From: Mobula hypostoma
Lineage: Eukaryota
Direction: 5' to 3'
DNA: 64,000 nucleotides
Assembly (NCBI RefSeq): GCF_963921235.1
Contig: NC_086098.1
Span: forward strand, 6,262,001-6,326,000
The notes beneath the pieces are model-generated. The model saw only the letters and a list, made by a program, of their open reading frames with translations. It did not search any database and was not told the origin of the DNA. Positions 24,181 through 36,744 of this stretch are shown one piece after another (the stretch's first letter is position 1; each line of letters opens with the position of its first letter). The position numbers were made by a program, and so were the translations under genes.

Positions 24181-25767
24181 CGGAATGGCCTCTTCACCTG
24201 AGTTGCTGCCCTTCAATAGACACCCCACGCACCCCTTTGAAGTAATCCTCTCAAGTATTAAGCTTGTGTTGCTCTTATTTATTTATTTATCTACTTTTAT
24301 TTAGTGACACAATGTGGAACAGGTTCTTACAGCCCAACGAACCACACCCACTCAGGGCCCACCAATTGACCTGAGCCTAACGATAAGATAATTTGCAGTG
24401 ATCAGTTAACATACTGACCTGTATGTCTTTGAATTGTGAAAGGAAAGCAGAGCACCCGCAGGAAACCCATGTGGTCACGTGGAGAACGTACAAACTCCTC
24501 ACAGACAGTGCAGGAATTGAACTCTGAACTCCGACGCTCTGAGCTCTAATAGCATCATGCTAACTGCTATGCTACAGTGGGGCCCAACTCTGTGAACACG
24601 GTAGACATGCTCTGTTGGCACCCAGATGTTCGGTGGACACTTGTGGGCTGCCCCCAGCACATCCCTCAGTTGTGTTGGTTGTTAGTGCAAACAATGCATT
24701 TCATTGTATGGTTCGATGTGCATGTGATAAATACATGTATCTGGAATGTCTAATATTGAGTCATTTTTCACCGGATGTTGTGTTAACACAAAGTGCTCCA
24801 GTGAAGAACTTTAGCTTGCTGGAGAACAGAGAAGTGAAGTCAGAATCAGAATCTGGTTTATTAACACCGACACAGGTCATGAACCTGGCTGTTTTACGGC
24901 ATCAGTACAAAGTTCAAAGTAAATTTAATATCAAGTACGTATATATCACCATATACAATCATGAGATTCATTTTGTTGTGGGCAAAGCAATACAATAAAA
25001 TCATTAAAAATCTACGCACAAACACAGTCTGATAAACAACCAGTGTGCAAAAAAAGACAAACTGTGCAAATATAAGAAGAAGAATAAAATAATAATGTTA
25101 ATAATAATAAATTATAAATAAATAATACGAGAACATGATTTCTCTATTCCATTTAAAACATTACTGTTCGAAATAAATTTGAAAATATGCAAAGCTAAAA
25201 AGGGATTGCAAAGCAGAGTAAAGAACTGAGGTCGTGTTCATGGCTTCATGGACCGCTCAGATATCTGATGACAAAATTGTGAAGAGTGGGTCTTCATAGA
25301 GGACAAAAGTAGGCCCTTTGGCCCATCTCGTCCATGCCAAACCATCTAATCTGCCTACTCCCATCAACCTGCGCTGGGATCATGGCCCTCTATATCCATA
25401 TCGTCCATGTACCTATCCAAACTTCTCGTAAACATTGAAATCAAGCCGGCATGCACCATTTGGGCTCGTCTTCAGTTAAAATAACTTAACAAGGCCAAGA
25501 GATGACGTGTGTGCTTTAATTGGGTGTATTATCCATGTGTAAATACAAACCAGGAAGTGCAGAAATGATTAAGATATATTGAAAAGCTGCATGAACATTG
25601 AGGGGAAACTTTTCAAAACACCTGAATGAGGGAAGCATCTCAATGGAAGTGATTGATATCTCTCCACTTGCCTCTCTTATTAATAAGCTTTTAAGATTGT
25701 TGTCTGTCAAAGTACAAAGTTCAATGTTTAAAGTGAATTTATTATCAAAGTACGTATATGTCACTAA

Positions 25768-26360
25768 CATTGCACTTTCTGAGGAAGCTTAAACAAGCAT
25801 CACTCCCCACTAACATCTTAACTACATTCTACAGAGGCGTGGTTGAGAGTGTGCTGACCTTTTGCATCACAACCTGGTACTCCAGCTGCAGTGCTGTCGA
25901 CAAAAAAGCCTTGCAGAGGGTGGTTAGGGGAGCAGAGAAGGTTATTGGGGTCTCCCTACCTTCTGTCCAAGCCCTCTTTCAGAGTTGATGCCTCCTGAAG
26001 ACACGGTACATCATTAAAGACCCCTCACACCCTCTCCATGAACATCAGGCAAACGTTACAGGAGCATCAAAACTAAAACCACAAGGCAACTAAACAGCTT
26101 CCTCCCACAGGCAGTCAGACTGCTAAATAGCTGCTCCACCTGACTCTGCTTTGGGCACTTTTAACTTGCACTGGACACTTATAAATTGATTTTAACTGAC
26201 ATGTGGCTGTTGTGTTTACTATTTATTGTTATGTTTATTATTTAGTGTTGCGTTTGTTATGTTATGATTGCACTGCCCCTGAGAAACGCTGTCTCATTCT
26301 GCCCTGCAGAGCTGATGTACGGTTAGAATGACAATGAAGTTTTTTGAATCTTGAATCTTT
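25768..26360 (+). mobile_element. Rex1/Babar-type LINE 3' end
   Basis: LHFLRKLKQASLPTNILTTFYRGVVESVLTFCITTWY; (TTGAATC)n tail. Confidence 0.85.
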
Positions 26361-26364
26361 GAAT

Positions 26365-26750
26365 CTAACCTAGTGCCCATTATGCCGTGGGCGTTTAGGA
26401 CAGCAATGAAGTTTGTCTATCTCTGGCATTGTTCAGGGCTTCTTTCATCACCAATAGCTCAGCTTTCACTACTGTCAGTAATGTAGATTCTGGGTGGAGA
26501 CTCAGGAATACTGTCACACTCCAGTGAAGAAGGGGATTCTTCATTGCTGTTTCTGTAACAGTTTTGTTTTACCAGTCAGGATTGTAAACCCCAATGTGGA
26601 GGATTGGTGGACCACTCTTAGTTTGGCCTCTACCCTTTGACCTTTTTCCCAAGAGCCAAAGCATAGAGCCTTGACTCCAGCCAACATAGTTCTCCGGATT
26701 ACTGAGGCATGCAAGCCTCCAAACCACGACAATTTTGAGGTCCTCTTGCA
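26365..26750 (-). mobile_element. RTE (Rex3/Expander/BovB-like) derived non-autonomous element
   Basis: Minus strand starts TTGTCGTGGTTTGGAGGCTTGCATGCCTCAGTAATCCGGAGAACTATGTTGG, resembling RTE-clade 5' ends; no ORF. Confidence 0.55.
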
Positions 26751-27847
26751 GGCATTCACAGCAGAGCAAAAAAATACTTTAGAACAACGAAAAATCACAC
26801 ACAAAGACTGACCATTAATGTGCAAAAGAAAACAACCTGTGCAAACACAAAAATAAATAAATAACAATAGATATGTAGACAGATAAATTGATAAATAAAT
26901 AAATAATACTAAGAACATGAGATGTAGAGTCCTTGAAAGTGAGACTGCTGGTTGTGGAATCAGTCCAGTGTTGAGGTAGTGAGGTTACCCACAGTGGTTC
27001 AGGAGCCTGATGGTTGATGGATAATAACTGTTCCTGGACCTGGTGGTGTGAGTCCTGAGGCTTTTGTACCTTCTTCCTGATATCAGCAGCAAGAGAGCAT
27101 GATGAGCATCCTTGATAACTACAACTACGAACATATGATTAAAGACGATGAATAATTATATTTAGATTACATATTAACTTCTTTATTTTTAAAAGTTTTT
27201 AACATCCCCTCTCTTCCCCGTTCGAGTGCTGATTAATGTTGATGCCTCGACGGCGACAGGGCAGGTTGGAACAGAATAATCTGTCAACATGTTGCCCAAG
27301 TTAATTTATTGCTAGATTGGTTGGAACTTCTAAAAAACCCCTTTTGGCTGTCAGGGGTCATTTAGAATCCAGAAGAAGTAATTAGCTTTCTTGTTGTGGT
27401 TTTATGAATTTGATATGAAACTAATGAGAACAGAAGTATAATATAGACATTTTATGTGGAATAGTTTGAAGTGTTAAATTTTGAGAAGTGCTGACATCTC
27501 TAGACACACCACTTCCATCACGTTTGTTTTATTAGTGAGTGCTTGCAATGGCTCCAAAAGGATTAATCAGCTGTTACTGAGCCCGATACTGTGAAGCAAT
27601 TAATGTACTCAATTAACGTGATAAAATTGCTGCCAGACCTCAGGTTAATGACTCAATGTACTGATCTGAACTTATCTCTCTTACACAGCTCCTTTTGGCA
27701 ACTCCTTTCTACCTCTTTTGCTGACAAAATCTTAACTCTCTATTAAAATGGAAATCTTTAATAGTACGCATGCGTGTGATCTGGCAGATTATCAAAGGGG
27801 CACAATAAAAAGTATGAACACCAGTGAGTAAATCTCATCAGCTAATT

Positions 27848-28662
27848 AGGACCAAAAGATATAGGAGCAGAATTAGGCTATTTAGCCCGTCGAGTCTGCT
27901 CCGCCATTTCGAGGATCTCACCCATGCATCCAGTGTCCTCTTCAACATTCGACCATCGGGCAGGAGACCCCGATACATAAAGACAAGAATAGTCAGGATG
28001 GGAAAAAATTTCTTCCCCAAGGCCCTTCTGAATTCTCTGCCTTATCATTTTCGAAGTGTCACCAGATAGTTTGTACTGTATTCTATATTGTCCTTATTTT
28101 GTTTATCTTTGTGTAAATCATATGTGTGTATTTGGAATACTGTCTGGAGAAACACTGTCTCATTTGACGGTATACATGTATATAGTTAATGGACAATAAA
28201 CTTGTCTTGACTTCATCACAGCTGATCTATTTTCCCTCTCTGCCTGCCCCATCTCCTGCCTTCTCCCTGTATCCCTTCATCCCTTGACCAATCAGGAATC
28301 TATCAACCTCTGCCTTAAAGATACCCAATGACTTGGCCTCCACAGCCATCTGTGGCAACGAATTCCACAGACCCTGGCTAAAGAAATTCCTTGTCATCCC
28401 AGATCTAAAATGGACATCCCTCTATTCTGAGGCTACGTCCTCTGGTCCTAGACTCTCCCACCATAAGAAACATCCTCTTCACATCCACTCTATCTAGCCT
28501 TTTCAACATTCGATAGGTTTCAATGAGATTTTCTCCTCTCCCTCACCCCCCACCATCTTTTAAATTCAAGTGAGTACAGAACCAGAGTCGTCAAACGCTC
28601 TTCAAATAACAAGCCTTTCAATACCGGAATCATTTTCATGAATCTTCTTTTAACCTTCTCCA
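27848..28662 (-). mobile_element. Old CR1 3' end interrupted by a Rex1-type 3' fragment (~27911-28213, plus)
   Basis: CR1 tail ATAGGAGCAGAATTAGGC at ~27860 resumes at ~28214. Confidence 0.75.
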
Positions 28663-28749
28663 TAAAAGGGGCACAACAAAGAAATACGAACACCTTTGAG
28701 CAATTCTTATCAGCAAATTCTTAATCAACTAATTATCTAACAGTACCTT

Positions 28750-30304
28750 CAGAGTACTTAAGGAAGTAGCCCAAGAAATAGTGGATGCATTAGTGATAAT
28801 TTTTCAAAACTCGTTAGATTCTGGACTAGTTCCTGAGGATTGGAGGGTGGCTAATGTAACCCCACTTTTTAAAAAAGGAGGGAGAGAGAAACCGGGGAAT
28901 TATAGACCGGTTAGCCTAACATCGGTGGTGGGGAAACTGCTGGAGTCAGTTATCAAAGATGTGATAACAGCACATTTGGAAAGCGGTGAAATCATCGGAC
29001 AAAGTCAGCATGGATTTGTGAAAGGAAAATCATGTCTGATGAATCTCATAGAATTTTTTGAGGATGTAACTAGTAGAGTGGATAGGGGAGAACCAGTGGA
29101 TGTGGTATATTTGGATTTTCAAAAGACTTTTGACAAGGTCCCACACAGGAGATTAGTGTGCAAACTTAATGCACACGGTATTGGGGGTAAGGTATTGATG
29201 TGGATAGAGAATTGGTTAGCAGACAGGAAGCAAAGAGTGGGAATAAACAGGACCTTTTCAGAATGGCAGGCAGTGACTAGTGGGGTACTGCAAGGCTCAG
29301 TGCTGGGACCCCAGTAGTTTACAATATATATTAATGACTTGGATGAGGGAATTAAATGCAGCATCTCCAAGTTTGCAGATGACACGAAGCTGGGCGGTAG
29401 TGTTAGCTGTGAGGAGGATGCTAAGAGGATGCAGGGTGACTTGGATAGGTTGGGTGAGTGGGCAAATTCATGGCAGATGCAATTTAATGTGGATAAATGT
29501 GAAGTTATCCACTTTGGTGGCAAAAATAGGAAAACAGATTATTATCTGAATGGTGGCCGATTAGGAAAAGGGGAGGTGCAATGAGACCTGGGTGTCGTTA
29601 CACACCAGTCATTGAAAGTGGGCATGCAGGTACAGCAGGCGGTGAAAAAGGCGAATGGTATGCTGGCATTTATAGCAAGAGGATTTGAGTACAGGAGCAG
29701 GGAGGTACTACTGCAGTTGTACAAGGCCTTGGTGAGACCACACCTGGAGTATTGTGTGCAGTTTTGGTCCCCTAATCTGAGGAAAGACATCCTTGCCATA
29801 GAGGGAGTACAAAGAAGGTTCACCAGATTGATTCCTGGGATGGCAGGACTTTCATATGAAGAAAGACTGGATGAACTAGGCTTGTACTTGTTGGAATTTA
29901 GAAGATTGAGGGGGGATCTGATTGAAACGTATAAAATCCTAAAGGGATTGGACGGGCTAGATGCAGGAAGATTGTTCCCGACGTTGGGGAAGTCCAGAAC
30001 GAGGGGTCACGGTTTGAGGATAAAGACGAAGCCTTTTAGGACTGAGATTAGGAAAAACTTCTTCACACAGAGAGTGGTGAATCTGTGGAATTCTCTGCCA
30101 CAGGAAACAGTTGAGGCCAGTTCATTGGCTATATTTAAGAGGGAGTTAGATATGGCCCTTGTGGCTAGGGGGATCAGAGGGTATGGAGGGAAGGCTGGTG
30201 CAGGGTTCTGAGTTGGATGATCAGCCATGATCATAATAAATGGCGGTGCAGGCTCGAAGGGCCGAATGGCCTACTCCTACACCTATTTTCTATGTTTCTA
30301 TGTT
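28750..30304 (+). mobile_element. Young CR1 LINE, RT domain with two premature stops
   Basis: ORFs 28781-29317, 29339-29584 and 29612-30211 are in one frame; [24 protein letters not shown] tail. Confidence 0.95.
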
Positions 30305-30589
30305 TAATTCTTGTTATCAGAGAAAAAGTACATAGTTTCTTCAAGGGTCAACTTTATTCTCAATCTACATTTACACGCATTAGAAATTTGCTGAGGTGGG
30401 TTGGTCAGGCCACAACATGCAATATAAAGCAACATTCCAGAATTCTACAGAATAAAGAAAGGTATAAAAATAAAGTTAGAGGTTATAGCTTAGAAATGGA
30501 AAAATGTACATAAATAAATCAATATCAGCATGCATTTTCCATGTAGTCAGCATTGTAAATGGTAGTTTAAAGTATATACACCAGGAAGT

Positions 30590-31260
30590 CTGTAGAGCAA
30601 CCCACGGTCAGGTAGCGTTTATGGAAATGCATAAACAGCTGATATTTCGGGCTGAGACACTTCATTAGGACCAAAAAGGAAGGGGGCAGGCACCAGAATA
30701 AAAAGGTGGGGGTAGGAGAATGAGGATAGCTAGAAAGTGATAGGTGGATCATAAAGGCATCCGTTAGTCTTGCGAAACCATGGATCTGCGCCTGGAAAGT
30801 CTTCACTCTCCAGGGCACAGGCCTGGGCAAGGTTGTATGGAAGACCAGCAGTTGTGTTGTCCAAGGGAAGGGCATTAGGACCCATACATCTTGGCATCAG
30901 TGTTGTCACAGAGCAATGTGTGATTAAGTGCCTCGGCTGGGACTCGAACTCACGACCTTCAAGTCGCTAGTCCAATGCCTTAACCACTTGGCCACATGCC
31001 CACTAGGTGAGTCTAAGTGTGTGGGAAAGGTAAAGGGCTGGAAAGGAAGGAATCTGACAAGAGAGGAGAGTGGAGCATAGGATGAAGTGAATGAGGAGGG
31101 GATCCAGGACCAAGGCAATCTGACAATAGAAGAAAATGGAGCATAGGACAAAGTGAATGAGGAGGGGATCCAGGACCAAGGGAAGACACCAGAGTGGAGA
31201 ATAGAAGCAGAGGGGAGGGAGATGGAAAAATTTACCGGAGGGAGAAATCGATGTTCATTG
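30590..31260 (-). mobile_element. PLE 3' end with decayed hammerhead, interrupted by a SINE
   Basis: Minus 30636-30671 reads GTCCTAATGAAGTGTCTCAGCCCGAAATATCAGCTG; purine-rich UTR with a ~60-bp tandem duplication (31056-31181). Confidence 0.7.
30751..31003 (-). mobile_element. tRNA-head/CORE-like/RTE-tail SINE
   Basis: Same family as 39509-39810, 43838-44149 and 46390-46694; imperfect TSD TAGGTGGATC / TAGGTGAGTC. Confidence 0.85.
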
Positions 31261-31319
31261 GTTTAAAATGTTTACATTGCAGTGCTTTAAGGGAACAATA
31301 GATAAGAGGGTGATCGGTA

Positions 31320-32270
31320 TTCTCAGGGAAACGCATGGCAGAAATGTGGCAGATGCTAAGAGATCATTTGCATGGCGTTCTGTATGGGTATGTTCCATTG
31401 AGGCAGGGATTGGATGGTAGAGTTAAAGAATCATGGTGCACAAAGTATGTAGAAAATCTAGTCAAGAAGGAAAGCAAAGCTTACGGAAGGTTCAAGAAAC
31501 TTCGACTTTTTTTCCATAGATGCTGCCTGGCTTGCTGAGTTCATCCAGAATTTTGTGTGTGTTGCTCGAAAAGGTTCAAGAAACTAGGTACTGTTAGAGT
31601 TCTAGAAAACTACAAGGTTTCCAGGATGGAGCTGAAGAATGAAATTGGAGAGCCAGAAGGGGCCATGAGGAGGCTTTTGCAAGCAGGATTAAGGAAAACC
31701 CCAAGGCATTCTACAAGTATGTGAAGAACAAGAGGATGAGCCATGTGAGAATAGGACCAATCAGGTACAATAGTGGAAATGTGTGTATGGAGTTGGAGGA
31801 GATAGGGGACTTACTTAACGAATATTTTGCTTCAGTATTCATCAGAGAAAAGGACCTTGGCAATTGTGGGGATTATTTGCGGTGAACTGAAATGCTTAAG
31901 GATATAGACATTAAGAAAGAGGATGTGCTGGAGCTTTGGAAAAGCATTAAGTTAGATAAGTCGTTGGGTAAGAACGAGATATATCCCAGGCTACTGTGGG
32001 AAATGAGGGAGGAAACTGTTGTGTCTCTGGCAATGATCTTTGCATCATCAATAGGGTCAGGAGAAGTACCAGAGGATTGGAGGTTTGCAAATGTTGTTCC
32101 CTTGTTCAAGAATGGGAGTAGAGATAACCCAGGTAATTATAGGCCAGTGAGTCTTTCTTCAGTGATGGGTAACTTGTTGGAGAAGATCCTGAGATGTTGG
32201 ATTTATGAGCATTTGGAGAGACATAATCTGATTAGGGAGAGTCAGCATGGCTTTGTCAAGGCCAGGTCAT
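31320..32270 (+). mobile_element. CR1 ORF2 middle fragment
   Basis: ORF 31892-32284 VPEDWRFANVVPLFK...NYRPVSL...QHGFVK; a pLTR piece is inserted at ~31501-31566. Confidence 0.88.
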
Positions 32271-32303
32271 CAGAGGTGACTTGATAGAGGTGTATATTAT
32301 GAT

Positions 32304-32525
32304 GGCACATTCACTCCCGCACACTGGAGATCAGATCAGGGCACATTCACTCCCTCACACTGGAGATCAGATCAGGGCACATTCACTCCCTCACACTGGA
32401 GATCAGATCAGGGCACATTCACTCCCTCACACTGGAGATCAGATCAGGGCACATTCACTCCCTCACGCTGGAGATCAGATCAGGGCACATTCACTCCCTC
32501 ACGCTGGAGATCAGATCAGGGCATA
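32304..32525. repeat. 36-bp minisatellite, six units plus a partial one
   Basis: Head-to-tail GGCACATTCACTCCCTCACACTGGAGATCAGATCAG with single-base variants. Confidence 0.97.
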
Positions 32526-33419
32526 TTTCACTGCCTCAGTGCAAGCATCAGGGTTGCTTCCATAATGGAACCTCATGTTTAGTCTCCTGTTTATTCCTTG
32601 TCCATAGATCCTGCCTGATCTGCTAAGCTGCCCAGCATTTTGTGTGTGTTACGTAGCTTCACTGTGATAAATTACTAGCAATCACAAATAAACTCTTACT
32701 GTTTCTGAATGGATGTTGAAACTATGAACACTACCTCACTACATTTTTATTTCTGTTTTTGCACTTTTTATTTAATTTAACTATGCAATATATACTTTCT
32801 CTCATTCACAGTTTTTTTCTCCTATATTATCACGTATTGCATTGTACTGTTGCCACAAAGTCATCAAATTTCTTGACATATGCCGGTGATAGTAAACCTG
32901 TTTCTGATCCTGTTTTGCTTACTTTTTTAAGGTTTGTGTGTCATTATTAATCTTGTGTGGATTTTCATTAAAGATAACTAGAACTTCAACAGAATGGGAA
33001 ATAAATTCTACTGGATTGCTGGATGCCCAGGCAGAATTGTCCACGAGCCAGTGGAAAAAAAATTACTAGACTACCAACGGCGTGAGTCGGGGTTGAGAAG
33101 CAGGAAGCATTAGCCTACCTCTAGCCAAATCAGACACTGCAAATAGGCCGGATCGAGCTGGGAGGAAAGCCAATACTAAATTAAAGTTTGAAAATTAAAA
33201 ATAACTAAATATTCAATGAAAGAAAACAGGAAATGCAGGAAGTACTCAGTAGGTCAAAGTTCAAAATTCAAAGTAAATTTATTATCAAATTATGTATATG
33301 TCACCATGTACCACTCTGAAGCCAGGAAGCATCTATAGAAAAAGAAACAGTTCATGTGACATATTGGAGCTCTTTAGCCGAAATTAGTTCTTCCCTGGGA
33401 ACGAGCTAAAATGAACTTC

Positions 33420-35880
33420 GGTGATTCTGCATTTGCTGGAAATGGAGAGCCAAGCACGCAAAATGCTGGGGGAGCTCAGCAGGTCAGGCGGCATCTGTGG
33501 AAATGAATAAAGAGTCGATGTTTCAGGCCAAGACTTTTCACAGGGGCAGCTGCCTTTCTGAGGAGACCATTACGAGTAGTGTGACTGACATTCCAAATGA
33601 AATCTGAGTTCTACAATGCCCACAAAATGCCAGAGGAATTCGGCAGGTCAGGCAGCATCTATAGAAATAAACAAATAGTCCACATTTTGGGCTGAGACCC
33701 TTCTTCAAGAACTGAAGAATGAAGGGGAAAATGCCTCAATAAAAAGGTGGAGGGAGGAGAAGGAGGCTGCTAGTAGGTGATGCTGGGTGAGTGGGAAAGG
33801 GCAGGATAGGAAGGAATTTGATAGAAGAGGAGAATGGACCATGGGAGAAAGGGAACAAGGAACAGACCCGGGGGAAGGAGAGATCGATATTCATTCCATC
33901 ATGTTGGAGGCTGCCCAAATGGAATATATGGTGTTGTTCCTCCACCCAGAAGGTAGCCTCATCATGGCACAAGAGGAGGCCATGGACCAACATGTTGGAA
34001 CGGGAAGGGGAATCAGAATTAAAATATTTTACCACTGGGAAGATCCGCATTTGGTGAATAGAGCAAAGGTACTTGATGAAGTGGTCCCCCAATCTACGAT
34101 CGGTCTTACCAATGTAGAGAAGCCTGCACTGGGAGCATTGGATACAATAGACGGCCTCACCTGGATGGACTGTTTGGGGCCCTGAGTGGGGGTGAATGGT
34201 CAGGCATAGAACTTTGGCTGCTTGCGGGGATAAGTGCCAGGAGGGATGAATAGACAATAGATCACGGATGAAGTGATCCCGGCGGAAAGTGGAAGGTGGG
34301 GGGTAGGTAAAGATATGTTTGGTGGTAGGATCCCTTTGGAGATGGTGGAGGTCGCAGAGAATGGTGTGTTCATGGGATCGTAGGTAAGGACTAGAGGAAC
34401 TCTATCACGGCTGAGGCTGCGGGAATATGGGGTGAGTGCAGATGTTCAGGAAGAGGAGGAGATGTGAGTGAGGGCAGCATCAATGTGAAAGAAGGGAATC
34501 CCTGTTCTGTGAAGAAGGAGGACATCTCTGATATCCTGGAAAGGAAAGCCTCATCCTGGGAACAGATGTGGCGGAGGTGAAGGAACTGAGAAAAGGGAAT
34601 AGCAGTTTTACAGGAGACAGGGTAGGTAGAGTATAGAGTCAAGATAGCTGTGGGAATTGGTAGGTTTATAAAAGATGACTTGACAGAGAGATCAAGAAAG
34701 AGGAGGGAAGTAGCAGAAATAAACCAAGTAGATCTAAGAGCAGGGTGGAAACTGAAGGCAAAGTTAATGAAACTGACGAGCTCAGCATGGGTGCATGAAG
34801 CAGCACAATGCAGTCATCAGTGGTGGAGGAAGATTTGGGGAGTATTACCTGGGAAGACGGGGAACATGGACTGTTCAGTGCAGCCATCGAAAAGGCAGAC
34901 ATGTGGGGCCTATCCAGGAGCCCAAGATCACCCCTCGAGTCTGAAGAAAGTGGCAGGAGCCGAAGGAGGAATTGTTCGGGGTGAGGATCAGTTCTGCCAG
35001 ATGGAGGAGGGTGGCGGAGGAGGGGAATTGTTTTATTGAGAAAGAAGCAAAGACCTTCAAGACTTTCTTGATGTAGGTTATAAGTGTATAGTGACTTAAG
35101 TGTGGTGAAAATCAAATGGTTAGGGTTAGGGATTTGTAAGTTACTGAGGAGATCGAGGGCATGAGAAGTGTTGTGCATGTCAGTGGGAAGGGACTGAACC
35201 AAGGGAGATAGAATGGAGTCAAGTTATGAGAACACGAGGCCAGTGGGGCAGGAGCAGGCAGAGACAATGGGCCTACCTGGACGGTCAGGTTTGTGGAACT
35301 TGAGTAGGAGGTAGAAAAGATTAATGTGGGGTAAAGGAACTATGGGTTTGCTGGCAATAGATGGGAGCTCTCCAGAGTTGATGAGGTTAGTGATTATGTC
35401 AGAGACATTTTTCTAATGGTCTGGAGTGGTGTCCTTTTCAAAGGAGAGGTATTAAAGAGGTGTCTGAGAGTTGCTGCCTGGCCTCAGCCAGGTAGAGGTC
35501 CGTCTCCCACACTACAACAGCAGGTAATGTGCAGGGGAGAGCAAAGGGCAGTGTGTTCAGAGGGGGTAAGGTTCAAAAAGGAGTGAGGAGTACTGAAGTT
35601 GAGCTGGCTGATGTCTCATCAATAATTAGAGATGAAAAGATCAAGAGCAGGCAGAGAACTAGAGTGGAGTGTCCAGGAAGAGGAAGAAGGTTGGAGACAG
35701 GAGTAGGGATCGTCACTGCAAGGTGGGGAACTCTGGCTGAAGGAGTGGGCACAGAGATGGAGACAGACGAGCTCAGCATCATGGTGGGCTCAGCACCCAC
35801 TGAGGTACAAGCAAAGGAGTACATCGGTACAGCCCTCGCTTAGAACAGAACTTTCCACCTCAGAGAGGGAAAGATCGACA
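33420..35880 (-). mobile_element. Long degenerate Penelope-like element (RT, GIY-YIG, tandem pLTR remnants)
   Basis: Minus ORFs LIFTTLKSLYT, NNSSFGSCHFLQTRGV, YPVSCKTAIPFSQFLHLRHIC, VYCIQCSQCRLLYIGKT; decayed hammerheads at 33512-33546 and 33676-33712. Confidence 0.88.
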
Positions 35881-35919
35881 GGAATGATGTAGATGTGCAA
35901 GGGTTTAGTGCTGGGATTA

Positions 35920-36215
35920 AAGTCCTCCACTCCCTCCGTACCAATCCCAACATTAAACATTACCATCAAACCCGCAGACAAAAGGGGATGCCGTTGTAAT
36001 ATGGCGGACTGACCTCTACCTCGCTGAGGCCAAGAGGCAACTCTCAGATACCTCCTCTTACTACCCTTTGAAAAGGACTCCACACCATCAGAGAATTGTC
36101 TCAGACATCATCATTAACCTCATCAGCTCCGGAGAGCTCCCACCAGCTGCCACTGAACTGATAGTTCCCTTACATGCACTGCTCTCTTCTACCTCCTACC
36201 CAAGATCCACAAACC
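35920..36215 (+). mobile_element. PLE RT N-terminal fragment in inverted orientation
   Basis: ITIKPADK...TDLYLAEAKRQLSD; reverse complement of the homologous stretch at ~35300-35530. Confidence 0.8.
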
Positions 36216-36744
36216 GGGACAGTGACATCAGAGGAGAGGGGAAGGTAATTCCTACAGTGTGTGAGATGCTCTTGCTTCAATATAATTTAATCATACGCAT
36301 GATTACACTTGTAGTTTGCTGTTAAGATTATCACAAGGCATGTTTAATATAGAATGTTACAGTGAAGATTGGAGAAATGCTATGGTTTATTTCTTCAGGG
36401 AATGGTTCTATTGTATTTATTTTTTCTCTGATAATCATTTCATCATTTAATGACTTTGAATGGAGATGAATGGCACTACTGTATGATGCATGAGAAATTG
36501 TAACCCTTGTGGTTTTAGAAATACACTTAGCCTAATACGTTACAGTGACAGCTGTAAGATCCGGGTTCATTTCACTCCACTGCCTGTAAGGAGTTTGTAC
36601 GTTCTCCCTGTGACCATGCGGGTTTCCTCTGGGTGCTCCAGTTTCCTTCCACATTCTAAAGACATACCGGTTAGTAATTTGTGGGCATGCCATGTTATTG
36701 CCGTAAACATAGCAATACTTATGGGCTGCGCCAGGCAAATCATA

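Noticed and set aside
30636..30671. Additional active hammerheads (also 33512-33546, 33676-33712, 63121-63152)
   Set aside because: The CUGANGA or GAAA cores are mutated or truncated.
32304..32525. CRISPR-like array of 36-bp repeats
   Set aside because: The units are head-to-tail with no unique spacers, there are no cas genes, and the context is vertebrate.
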